Assembly: GCA_913056395.1 (NCBI GenBank) | Contig: CAJXMG010000004.1 | Coordinates: 24,706-88,705, forward strand | From: an uncultured bacterium | Lineage (GTDB): Bacteria; Planctomycetota; UBA8108; UBA1146 | DNA length: 64,000 nt | Direction: 5' to 3' | Shown: one piece after another, positions 56,601 to 64,000 of the stretch | How positions within the stretch are numbered: the stretch's first letter is position 1 | Layout: the number at the start of each line of letters is the position of its first letter | The notes under the pieces: generated by a model | The model's input: only the letters and a program-made list of their open reading frames with translations | Told to the model about the DNA's origin: nothing | Databases searched by the model: none | Program-made: the position numbers and the translations under genes

Positions 56601-58456
56601 TCAACTTTGACTCTGACATTCTGGTTTACAGTGGCAGTTGTGGTGCATTGACTTCGATCGCCTGTAATGGTGACGGAACCGGGTGTGCCGGACTCACCAG
56701 CAGTGTTTCTGCCAACCTGAATGCCGGCGAAACGGTCCTGATCCGTGTGGGTGGCTGGAATGCCGCTGCTGTCGGTACCGGAACTCTGGAAATCAGTTCC
56801 GTGGCTCCTCCGCCGCCGCCGGAAAACTGCACCAACGGTGTGGATGATGATCTGGACGGATTGTCGGACTGCGAAGATCCGGATTGTTTTGCAGACCCGG
56901 ATTGCAACTGTCTGCCGATTTCAAATCTTCTTTGCATTCAGGGCAGCGGAACCAGCGTCAATCTCAGCTGGAACAATGGCGAAGCCTATCAGGAGATCTC
57001 TGTCATGAGAGGTGGGGCACAGATTGCCGTGCTTCCAGGCAGCAGCAGCAGTTATGTTGACTCTGGGGTTCCGTTGGGCAATCAGACCTATACGTTGGTC
57101 CCGAGCTGTACCCCGATTCAGCAAGCACCCATGGAGAACTGCAGTGTGGATGTGATTCAGACGATCGGCTTCATGTTCAGTGCCGGAGACGTCGATGGAT
57201 CCTACAGCGCTTCAGGTGCCACCTTTGAATCGGAAATCTCTTTGATGGAGCTGGCCAGCAACGCGGGATTCCCGACCGACACCGCCGGGTTCTCTTTCGG
57301 CCTTGCACACGACAATACCCTCTTTGAGGCGACGGGTGCACAGGCGGTGGGTCCTCTGGCTGCTCTGGATGGAGGAGCGGGTCCTGCCTTCTTCGACGCT
57401 TCAGTTTTTGCAAATGGTATCGGCATCGGCTGTGTTTACGACTTCAGTCTCTCACAGTCGATCCAGTTCACTTCGGCAACCGGCATCGTCTCCGTCGCAT
57501 ATGCGGCTTTACCTGGAGCGCTGTCTGGAGCGAGTGGAACCGTGACCTCCAGTCTCGATTTCGTCCAGACTCTGGGAGCGCCTCCTGTGGAATTGATTGT
57601 CTCGACAGCTGCGGGATCTGCGGTTCCTGCTGGGGGGAACTCCGGTTCCATCTCCCTGAACCCGAGCGGGTTTGTCATGACCGCCGTCGATCAGTCGGTG
57701 GAGTACCCGGAATCCACGGGAGAAGCATCCGTCACTGTTTCGATCACCCTTGAGGAGGATCCCGGAAATACCGGGTTCCCCAATGAAACTCAGGCGTTCT
57801 CATTCGGATTGGTCCATGACCCAGCGGTTTTGGCTGGTCAGGGAATCAATGCGGCCTCGATCCTTACTGCATTGAACGGCAACACGGGACCTGATTTCTT
57901 CGATGTGAACAGTTTCGCAGACGGCATGACCGTGGGTTGCGTTTACACCTTCGTGGGAACAGACGTCCTGACCTTTGCGACTGCCACCGACTTGGTGACC
58001 GTGGATTACTCAACGGTCCCGGCAGGGTTGATCGGAGCGGTTACTCCAACTGAAACCCAGTTGCAGTTCTCGCAATCTTTGGGAACTCCTCCGGTGGAAT
58101 TGGTCGTGGTCGTCGGTGCTGCCTCTCAGGGAGTCCAGGGGGAGACAGGAACCATTACACTGACCCCGGTTACCGGTACAGGATTTGTCCGTGCGGATAT
58201 CAATGACGATGCAGTGGTCAATCTTGCTGACGCAGTCCAGTTGCTGAATGCTCTCTTCCTTGGAGGAGTGACCAACTGTGACGACGCTGCTGACACCAAT
58301 GATGACGAACTGAAGAACATCGCAGATGCGGTTTATCTTCTCAGCTATCTCTTCACCAGTGGCCCGGACATTCCTGAGCCTGGTGGAAATGGAAGCTGCG
58401 GTACTGATCCGGTTGGTGATGCCCTTGATTGTGCTGAGTACAACTCGTGCCCATAA
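53648..58456 (+). CDS. secreted M4 (thermolysin-like) metalloprotease F with 3 Cys-rich beta-sandwich modules, Fn3-like module, 2 cohesin-like modules and dockerin-like C-terminus
   Basis: 1602 aa with a signal peptide. HELAH at aa 327-331 and NEAMSD with Glu351, 20 residues after the second His as in thermolysin. Downstream modules read from the translation. Confidence 0.9.
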   Translation: MRFSFRNSLFMLTLLLAPFCVSISAQGQAPQEDSLARHYHPATGKLHFLGGLNHSPLGLPKGITPDLEDPLQALRIYGAEFGIRYPEVQLQLLRTEKCNVGQIHHTFQQVYRGVEVLTGNIKVHLKADGTPLSINGDFYSVPKKLEIAPKIGSEQALELAARELKQELLIETDQPRLVIVNPGWYGDDPIDQPVLAHHLVAEGDGMMAKNILVDARTGVVLDHWPAVHSALLREIYDGAGGGGLPGTLARTEGSPASGDLDIDNSYDTCGDLYRVLSDSLGRDSLDGNGSPMIITANWSSNICPNAIWNGSQGAFCNGLGTDDIIAHELAHGLTQFTANLIYQNQSGQLNEAMSDIFGEVIDLYNGNASVAGTPGGTPWPVPGTSGSGLDTPNTPRTGCSDGSARWRMGEESSIGAIRDMFYPECFNDPPSTTDPLYNQNACGPFDNGGVHIGSGVLNHSFAMLVDGKTYNGQTITPIGMTKATAVYFRALSVYMTEGTSFPQAEIHINQAAADLINTNPIDPRTGVGGGVFTQADADIVASVMTAVGMSELVCGQVPPGPPPANDNCDAAVPVFLGLNDVDSNNATTGGPAPDDTACPGTFIGDCGNDVWYSYTAPENGLLSVSLCSIVSWDTDLQIFDGNCGALNLIACNGDFGGCSTFTSQVDNVPVIGGSNYLIRVSSWSDGTTGTGQMDVTFVPDSGPGVENCTNGVDDDADGLVDCEDADCAANPVCIPPAAGDECVSAEVASLGTNPFDSTNATTGTDPIPDPATCNQGLGDMLGDIWFEYVPAESGSLFVSTCSPGSFDTDLVAYTGSCASLTVLACNGDVTQNTSPTCQQYWSELTIDVIAGETYWFRIGAWGTPHPGNGLPGPGALILDLTPSGPVEDCSNGSDDDADGLADCEDPDCLTDPACVPAIPGDECDTAVVAVLGSNAIDTTGATTGADPIDDSNCTGTFLGEFVQDVWYQFTPSSTGEHVIATCDTINFDSDILVYSGSCGALTSIACNGDGTGCAGLTSSVSANLNAGETVLIRVGGWNAAAVGTGTLEISSVAPPPPPENCTNGVDDDLDGLSDCEDPDCFADPDCNCLPISNLLCIQGSGTSVNLSWNNGEAYQEISVMRGGAQIAVLPGSSSSYVDSGVPLGNQTYTLVPSCTPIQQAPMENCSVDVIQTIGFMFSAGDVDGSYSASGATFESEISLMELASNAGFPTDTAGFSFGLAHDNTLFEATGAQAVGPLAALDGGAGPAFFDASVFANGIGIGCVYDFSLSQSIQFTSATGIVSVAYAALPGALSGASGTVTSSLDFVQTLGAPPVELIVSTAAGSAVPAGGNSGSISLNPSGFVMTAVDQSVEYPESTGEASVTVSITLEEDPGNTGFPNETQAFSFGLVHDPAVLAGQGINAASILTALNGNTGPDFFDVNSFADGMTVGCVYTFVGTDVLTFATATDLVTVDYSTVPAGLIGAVTPTETQLQFSQSLGTPPVELVVVVGAASQGVQGETGTITLTPVTGTGFVRADINDDAVVNLADAVQLLNALFLGGVTNCDDAADTNDDELKNIADAVYLLSYLFTSGPDIPEPGGNGSCGTDPVGDALDCAEYNSCP
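54626..54700 (+). other. M4 zinc-binding site coding segment (HExxH ... E)
   Basis: cat gag ttg gct cat at 54626-54640. The gag codon for the third ligand in GQLNEAMSDIFGE is at 54698-54700. Confidence 0.85.
57164..58180 (+). other. two tandem cohesin-like modules of protein F (57164-57667 and 57668-58180)
   Basis: GFSFGLAHDNTLF..GGAGPAFF..GIGCVYDF and AFSFGLVHDPAVL..GNTGPDFF..TVGCVYTF. Confidence 0.65.
58181..58453 (+). other. dockerin-like module of protein F
   Basis: DINDDAVVNLAD..LLNALF and DTNDDELKNIAD..LLSYLF, with tail CGTDPVGDALDCAEYNSCP. Confidence 0.8.
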
Positions 58457-58517
58457 GAAGGAGTAAATCTCCTGCCAATAAGAAGTGATCTCCACACTTT
58501 GGGGAATGCATCGAAAA

Positions 58518-58552
58518 GAGGAGTGACGCGAAAGCGTCACTCCTCTTTTTTT
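58518..58552. terminator. rho-independent terminator between convergent genes F and the cupin gene
   Basis: 12-bp perfect stem gaggagtgacgc / gcgtcactcctc, GAAA loop, 7-T run downstream and an A-run upstream. Confidence 0.85.
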
Positions 58553-58569
58553 ACAACGGGCTCATTTAA

Positions 58570-58980
58570 TCAGATCTCTTCGTAGTTTTCGACAGTGATC
58601 TCTGATTTGACATCGCCGGTATGCTGAGTGCTCATTGGTTCAAACAAGAGCAGGTGGGTTTCCTCTTCTGCAACTGGCTTGTGCTCCACACCTTTGGGGA
58701 CGATGTAGAACTCACCTGGATTGATGACCACTGTATCGTCTCGCATCTCCAGCTTCAGTTGGCCCTTCATCACCATGAACAACTCATCTTCATCATCATG
58801 CTTATGGAAGACAAACTCTCCCTGGACCTTGGCGATGATGACCTGTTGTCCATTGAGTTCACCAATTCTCTTCGGAGACCAGTGATCGTTGAAGAGAGAG
58901 AATTTCTCAGAAATATTGACGACATTCATGACGACCCGCTTTCTGGAGTCAGGGAGAAACTGATTCGGTTCCAGATTCAA
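58570..58980 (-). CDS. cupin domain protein
   Basis: Cupin_2-like HKHDDEDELFMVMKG ... GEFYIVPKGVEHKP. The start may be the second Met at 58929. Confidence 0.8.
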   Translation of the reverse strand: MNLEPNQFLPDSRKRVVMNVVNISEKFSLFNDHWSPKRIGELNGQQVIIAKVQGEFVFHKHDDEDELFMVMKGQLKLEMRDDTVVINPGEFYIVPKGVEHKPVAEEETHLLLFEPMSTQHTGDVKSEITVENYEEI

Positions 58981-59127
58981 TCTAGCGGAGAAGTGTCTGC
59001 CGACAAGTAGGGAGCGTTCTCCTTGCTAGGATTCCTGACTCTCGACTTGACCTGAATCTGTCGCGGTCGAGGATAAAGAAGTCTTCGATTCCCCTCATTG
59101 GCCGGGAGTGCGGAGCGGAGGAGGCCC

Positions 59128-59685
59128 ATGGAGATTGCTGTTTATTGTTCAGCAAGTGAAACGATCCGATCACTCTTTCTGGAGGATGCGGCTGAACTGG
59201 GAACCGCCATAGCAAAGCAGGGGCATGGCCTGATCTTTGGCGGTGGAAACATCGGTTCGATGGGGCGACTTGGAAGAGCGGTTCAAGAATCGCAGGGAAG
59301 AGTGGTATCTGTCATTCCCAAATTTTTCGACGATCAGGGTCTGACTCTCGCTGAATCGGATGAAATCATTCTCACCGATGACATGCAGGAGCGTCGGAAG
59401 ATTATGTGGGAAAGGTGTCGGGGGGCACTGGTTCTTCCCGGCGGTCTGGGAACTCTGGAAGAAGCTGTAGAGTTCCTGGTACTCAATCAGTTGTCTTTGA
59501 TCGACAGGCCTTTGGTTTTTGCGAATGTCGATGGTTACTGGGATCCCTTTTTTGAAATGATCGACCATATGCTGACGGAAAAGATGCTGACGGATGAGCA
59601 TTCAAGAATCTTTGATCAGGCGGATTCAGGAGTTGGAGCGCTGAATCGACTGGAATCATTGATCGCGAAAGATGTGAATCGGTGA
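59128..59685 (+). CDS. LOG family (TIGR00730) nucleotide phosphoribohydrolase
   Basis: Start set at MEIAVYCSAS. Motifs GGGNIGSMG and PGGLGTLEE. Confidence 0.85.
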   Translation: MEIAVYCSASETIRSLFLEDAAELGTAIAKQGHGLIFGGGNIGSMGRLGRAVQESQGRVVSVIPKFFDDQGLTLAESDEIILTDDMQERRKIMWERCRGALVLPGGLGTLEEAVEFLVLNQLSLIDRPLVFANVDGYWDPFFEMIDHMLTEKMLTDEHSRIFDQADSGVGALNRLESLIAKDVNR

Positions 59686-60212
59686 TGAACGATTTTTCAG
59701 AAGAAAAGAGTTTGCAGCCTCACAGTATCCAGCGGTTGGCTTCTTCACTGGGAGCAATCACTGCTATGGTGGAGTCGATTCCCGAAGCCTCTTCCGACTG
59801 GGCAGCAGAATCGGACCAGTGGTGTTTGCGTGAGGTGTTGGGTCACCTGATCGATGGTGACCGGGAAATCTTTCGGGCTCGACTGGAGTTGTTCTTTTCT
59901 GGATCTTTGGAAGAGTGGCCTGCGCTGGACCCCGAAGAATGGGTGGTTGAGCGAAAGTACTCAGAAAGACCTCTTCGGGAATTGTTGAGGTTGTTTCAGG
60001 ATGAAAGACAGAGGTCCCTGGCCTGGTTGGCCAGCCTTGAAGATCCGGATTGGCTTATGGAGAGGGATCTTCCAGACGGTTCATTGAAGGCGGGAGATCT
60101 CCTGTTGGCGTGGTGTACTCATGACGTGCTGCATCTGGAGCAGATCGCTCGCTGGTGCACTGCAAAGGCTCTTTATGATCATGAGCCTTTCACGGATGAT
60201 TTCGCATTCTGA
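59682..60212 (+). CDS. DinB-family protein
   Basis: 4-nt overlap with the LOG gene. His-containing helices (LGHLIDGDREI, THDVLHLEQI) typical of the DinB_2 fold. Confidence 0.7.
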   Translation: MMNDFSEEKSLQPHSIQRLASSLGAITAMVESIPEASSDWAAESDQWCLREVLGHLIDGDREIFRARLELFFSGSLEEWPALDPEEWVVERKYSERPLRELLRLFQDERQRSLAWLASLEDPDWLMERDLPDGSLKAGDLLLAWCTHDVLHLEQIARWCTAKALYDHEPFTDDFAF

Positions 60213-60235
60213 TCAGGAAGTTAACGCCAGAGACT

Positions 60236-61249
60236 TCACCGTGGAGGAATCATGGGGTCGGTCACTTCTATCTCCGTATCCCATTTCTTGTTGAGGCGCC
60301 GACCTTTCAATACATGTCTGCGATAGTTTTTCTCAGAGGTTCGTGAAGACTGAAGAGCTGTCGTCAATTCAGACTCGATCTTCTGATCAAAAGCCGACAC
60401 GGGAATATGTGAGATCACACTGGAAGTGAGACCAAATTCTCCGGGTCTGACGATGGAAATCCCCGGTTCTTTTGCCGGCAATCCAATTTGTTTGGCTTCT
60501 TTAGCAGATTTGGTCAATCCCCAGCCAAGTCTTCCACGGAACGGTTCTTTCCATGCGAGTACCCGTAATTTTCTCAGCACGGATTCCGGAACTCGATCTG
60601 CAACCACAAGCAATTGCCGATCGCAGGAGGCGACATTCAGGGATCTGCGCAGATCCTTACAAGTGGGAAGAGGGGGAAGTCCGGAGGTTTTGGGCCTGCC
60701 AGGATACTTCTGGGAGATGGCGTGCATTTCAAGAGCCAGAATGGATGACTCCCAACCCACCGATCCTCCAAAGACCATCTGCGGAGAGCGACCTGATTTA
60801 CTGAGGCGTGTTTTCCCATCGGGAGCGAGAATCACAAAGACGGTGTTTTCCAACTCTCCGGTTCTTCCCCGATACAGGCTTTTAAGGAACTTGCCTTCGG
60901 TGGCATCTTCATAGGTGGCGAGTCGGGCGCAGACAAATCGCTCTGAGAGTTTGATCACTTCCTGGTCGGACCAGAAACTCTGGTCCATTTCCTGTTTGCC
61001 CGGTCACCAAACTCCGGGAATCCCCCTGCACTGAGGGGCTGCGGAAAGGAGCAGGATCGGCTTTCCGGTTCTCTCAGCTTCGGTTTTCGCTGCCTGCCAT
61101 GTTCCGATCCATGCAATTCTTTTCGGGTGTTGGAAACGGTCCTCGATCGGAGAAGGAGATTTCGGCGTTGAAATGGGGTCGTCCCGATTCAACTCTGCGT
61201 CTGTCGCACACAGGCTTGCAAGGAAACTGATTGTCAGCAGATTGAACAT
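60236..61249 (-). CDS. secreted thioredoxin-fold protein interrupted by one in-frame TGA (candidate selenocysteine; alternatively a pseudogene or two ORFs)
   Basis: ORFs 61004..61249 and 60236..60988 are in the same frame (261 nt apart, divisible by 3). Read-through gives ..GKPILLLSAAPQCRGIPGVW-[TGA]-PGKQEMDQSFWSDQEVIKLSERFVCARL.. The N-terminus has a signal peptide. Confidence 0.55.
60968..60986 (-). other. SECIS-like hairpin 17 nt downstream of the in-frame TGA
   Basis: mRNA sense GGACCAGA-GUU-UCUGGUCC, a perfect 8-bp stem with a G/U-containing apical loop about 29-31 nt from the UGA. Confidence 0.45.
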
Positions 61250-61323
61250 GGAAATCTCCGCTCCAGTATCCCAAGATAACCCCTTAACCCTTTACAGGTT
61301 TCATTTCGAAAAGGAATATCTGC

Positions 61324-63264
61324 ATGTCCACGAAGATCTGCCCCGTTTTTCCTGAACCTGTGGGGCCACTCCCAGCAAACTCCCCATGGTCCTGTGGGCT
61401 GGTTCTTTTCGTTCTTCTTCTTGTTTCGCCCTTTGCAGTGGCTCAGTCGACAGGTGTGGAATCTCCCTTCCTGCACTGGGAGTTTCGCAGCTCCTACATC
61501 GGTGAAGACGGTGCCTTTATCTCTCGTGATGGGCGAATCAAGGGGAAGCTCAGCGGAGATCTCACCCTCGCGGAATCAGTAGAAGGTGTGGCACTTCTCT
61601 CGGAGGGGGGAAGTGGCATGTTGCTCATGGGAGAGTCCTATTCTGATCTCGAGGATCTGTTACCCCGAAGAGAGATCACTGTTTGTGGATGGATCTCACA
61701 AGAGGAACTTCAGGAATGGGGTGGCTTGTTGGGGTTTCTTCAGGACAACGGAGACTATGAGAAAGGTTGGTTGCTGGGTTCGAGAAGAGGTCAAGCCTGT
61801 CTGGCCATCGCTTCAAAAAACAAAGACGACGGAAATGGAATCATGACCTACCTTGCCGGCGGCGAAACGATGAAGCCGGGTCAGTGGTATCACATCGCCG
61901 GTACCTATGACGGTCAACGAATGGTGGTTTATCTCAATGGCAAGGAGGTCGCTGTCTCAGAGGACCAGAGTGGCGATATCCTCTATTCGCAAAACGCACC
62001 ATTCGTTTTGGGTGCTTATCGGGATGACAATGAATTTCATCCCCATGTGGGAGCTCTGCAGGATTTCCGATTGTGGAAGACCGCATTGAGTGCAGAAGCG
62101 ATTCAATCTGTTTATCAAGAGAGACCAGAGTGCACAAATCAGGAACCTCCCAGGCCGCCGCTCAAATTTGCGGTCTCCCCATGGTTGCAATGGGCACAGG
62201 GCGACGAAATCACGGTCAGTTGTGAAACGTCGATGGACTGTGCTGTGGTCGTTGAATATGGCAAGGATGACAAACTGGGAGATGCAGTGACTTCTTCTTC
62301 AGAAGGCAGATTGCACCATATCAGGCTTCAATCCCTCTCAGAGGGAACACCCTACTTTTACAGAGTCCGGGCACAGAGGAGCGGAGATACGGATGAAGCA
62401 CTGGAGTCTCCGATCCTGACCTTTCAGACACGAACCGACAAAGATCAGGCTTTTGGGTTTTTGGTAATCGGGGATACCCAGAACAATCCCCGTGTGACGG
62501 CAGCTGTCACAGATCTGGCGTGGGGGCACCGTCCCAACTTTGTCGTTCACTGTGGTGATCTCGTGGGGACCGGATCCAACAAGAGAGAGTGGGTTCATGA
62601 GTTTTTTGCAGGTGCAAAAACTCTTCTTCAAAGAGCACCGATCTTTCCAACACTCGGAAATCATGAACAGAATGCCCAGTTGTATTATGATTTTTTCACC
62701 CTTCCCGATCCGGAGTTTTATTACGACTATGTGTGGGGAAACACACACTTCTTCGTCATCGACACCAACAAATCAGTGAGTCCTGATGCTGATCAGGTCA
62801 AGTGGCTCGATAAAGCTCTGAAGAGGAGCAAAGCTGAATGGAAAGTGGTCTACCATCACCATCCGGCATGGACCTCTGACGAAAACGATTACGGGAATAC
62901 TTGGAAGGGCAGTTCCACCCAGGGAGTCCGGGCGATTCAGGATCATCTGGTTCCCATCTATGAACGGCATGGAGTGGATGTCGTTTTCAATGGGCACATT
63001 CATGTCTATGAGCGCACTTGGCCTATTCGGGACCGCAAGACGGTTGGTCCCGGCGAAGGTGTTGTTTACATTACTGCAGGTGGGGGCGGCGGCCATTTGG
63101 AAGGCTTTGCTCCCAATCGAACCTGGTTCAGTAGCAACAAACGGGTCGATCACCACTTCCTAATGGTCAATGTCAACGGCGGTCAGATGGAGATTTCTGC
63201 CTATGACATCGAGGGAAGACTGTTCGATCGACTCCTCTTGAGCACAACAGACAGGCGCAAATGA
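61324..63264 (+). CDS. secreted LamG-like domain + purple-acid-phosphatase-like metallophosphoesterase
   Basis: Signal/TM segment. LamG_3-like WYHIAGTYDGQRMVVYLNG..FRLWKTALS. Metallophosphoesterase motifs GDTQN, GDLVGTG, GNHE, HHHP, GHIHVYER. Confidence 0.85.
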   Translation: MSTKICPVFPEPVGPLPANSPWSCGLVLFVLLLVSPFAVAQSTGVESPFLHWEFRSSYIGEDGAFISRDGRIKGKLSGDLTLAESVEGVALLSEGGSGMLLMGESYSDLEDLLPRREITVCGWISQEELQEWGGLLGFLQDNGDYEKGWLLGSRRGQACLAIASKNKDDGNGIMTYLAGGETMKPGQWYHIAGTYDGQRMVVYLNGKEVAVSEDQSGDILYSQNAPFVLGAYRDDNEFHPHVGALQDFRLWKTALSAEAIQSVYQERPECTNQEPPRPPLKFAVSPWLQWAQGDEITVSCETSMDCAVVVEYGKDDKLGDAVTSSSEGRLHHIRLQSLSEGTPYFYRVRAQRSGDTDEALESPILTFQTRTDKDQAFGFLVIGDTQNNPRVTAAVTDLAWGHRPNFVVHCGDLVGTGSNKREWVHEFFAGAKTLLQRAPIFPTLGNHEQNAQLYYDFFTLPDPEFYYDYVWGNTHFFVIDTNKSVSPDADQVKWLDKALKRSKAEWKVVYHHHPAWTSDENDYGNTWKGSSTQGVRAIQDHLVPIYERHGVDVVFNGHIHVYERTWPIRDRKTVGPGEGVVYITAGGGGGHLEGFAPNRTWFSSNKRVDHHFLMVNVNGGQMEISAYDIEGRLFDRLLLSTTDRRK

Positions 63265-64000
63265 TCTCTCTTCTTCCTCTGGAATCGGTGCCTGGTCTTT
63301 CCTTGAATGAATTGGGGGACCAACTCCGGGATCTTCTCGGCGATGAAACCATCATCCGTCTCGCAGATGAGGGCAGCACGGTGGTGGCGGAAATCGCAGG
63401 TGTTTCCGTCAAGGTCACACTCTGCGAAGAGCCGATTCCTGCGGAAATCCTCGAAGGTCCCTTGTCGGCCGCATGGTACTGGGAGGAAGCGGCTTCAGTT
63501 CTGAAGAATCATGAAGCCCATTTGTTTGTAGTGATCAGTGATCCCCGCCTTCCGGAGCCGTCTACAGAAAGCGAGCCCAACAGTGAAGCAGCGCCAGAGA
63601 TCAGTCCCAGCAAGGGCGTGATTGAGATTTATCCGGAGGCACCGGCAGCTCCCGTGCTAGACGAAGAGACGATTCGTTATTCGGTTCAGGATGCCCTGCT
63701 TTTGACAAGGGTTTCCCTGATGCTCGGTGATTGCTGCTCTGCTTTGGCGGTTTATTGGGATGGATCGACGGCGATTCACTCATGGACCGCCTTTGAAGAG
63801 TCCTGTGCTGCCATGACCCCGACGAATTTGCCGTTGAGAATCTGGATCGATTTCAGGCTCTGGGAAGCCAAGGATGGTACCCGAGGTTTGGTCACCCGGG
63901 GAATGTCCGCTCTTGGCCAGCGAGAACTGGAAGTGATTGGTTCGACCAGCAGTGCCCAACAGATTCGGGCCTGGAGCTATACGGTGGCTCATTATTGCCT
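63261..64000 (+). CDS. hypothetical protein, 3'-truncated by window end
   Basis: My own translation from the ATG at 63261 (ATGA overlap with the upstream stop) stays open to base 64000 (MISLLPLESVPGLSLNELGD...). It is not in the ORF track because it has no stop in the window. Confidence 0.5.
   Translation, partial: MISLLPLESVPGLSLNELGDQLRDLLGDETIIRLADEGSTVVAEIAGVSVKVTLCEEPIPAEILEGPLSAAWYWEEAASVLKNHEAHLFVVISDPRLPEPSTESEPNSEAAPEISPSKGVIEIYPEAPAAPVLDEETIRYSVQDALLLTRVSLMLGDCCSALAVYWDGSTAIHSWTAFEESCAAMTPTNLPLRIWIDFRLWEAKDGTRGLVTRGMSALGQRELEVIGSTSSAQQIRAWSYTVAHYC

Noticed and set aside
49811-58456. Repeated modules in D, E and F as DNA-level tandem repeats or a CRISPR-like array
   Set aside because: The similarity is at protein-motif level only. 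The DNA copies are diverged, ~500 nt long and in frame within long ORFs. There are no short identical direct repeats with spacers.

Overview
This is a 64-kb, densely coding chromosomal window with about 48 protein genes on both strands. I recognised no rRNA, tRNA, CRISPR array, transposase or integrase by eye. Several features point to a Planctomycetota/PVC-type genome (inference): a DUF1501 + DUF1549/DUF1553 pair, a sulfatase, a Ser/Thr-kinase-FGE fusion, and large acidic secreted modular proteins. Ordinary content includes deoC plus aldehyde dehydrogenase, xylA/xylB with Gfo/Idh/MocA and TIM-barrel genes, a hybrid histidine kinase, a POT peptide transporter, Xaa-Pro aminopeptidase, LOG, DinB and cupin genes. 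The standout is a split cluster (34.6-41.7 kb and 49.8-58.5 kb) of six secreted modular proteins. Each ends in the same roughly 85-aa dockerin-like double calcium-loop module with a Cys-rich tail. Four of them also carry cohesin-like modules, eight in total. One is an M4 thermolysin-type metalloprotease. A VKOR-thioredoxin fusion gene lies between the two arms. I read this as a candidate non-cellulosomal cohesin-dockerin extracellular assembly. Other notable items: a thioredoxin-fold gene with an in-frame TGA at the active-site Cys position plus a SECIS-like hairpin (candidate selenoprotein); an AT-rich type II R-M islet with two nuclease candidates; a Nudix-FolB fusion; an ALDH fused to a truncated second ALDH domain; and a POT transporter with a pseudopilin-like periplasmic insert. 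All calls come from reading the translations and DNA by eye, with no database search.
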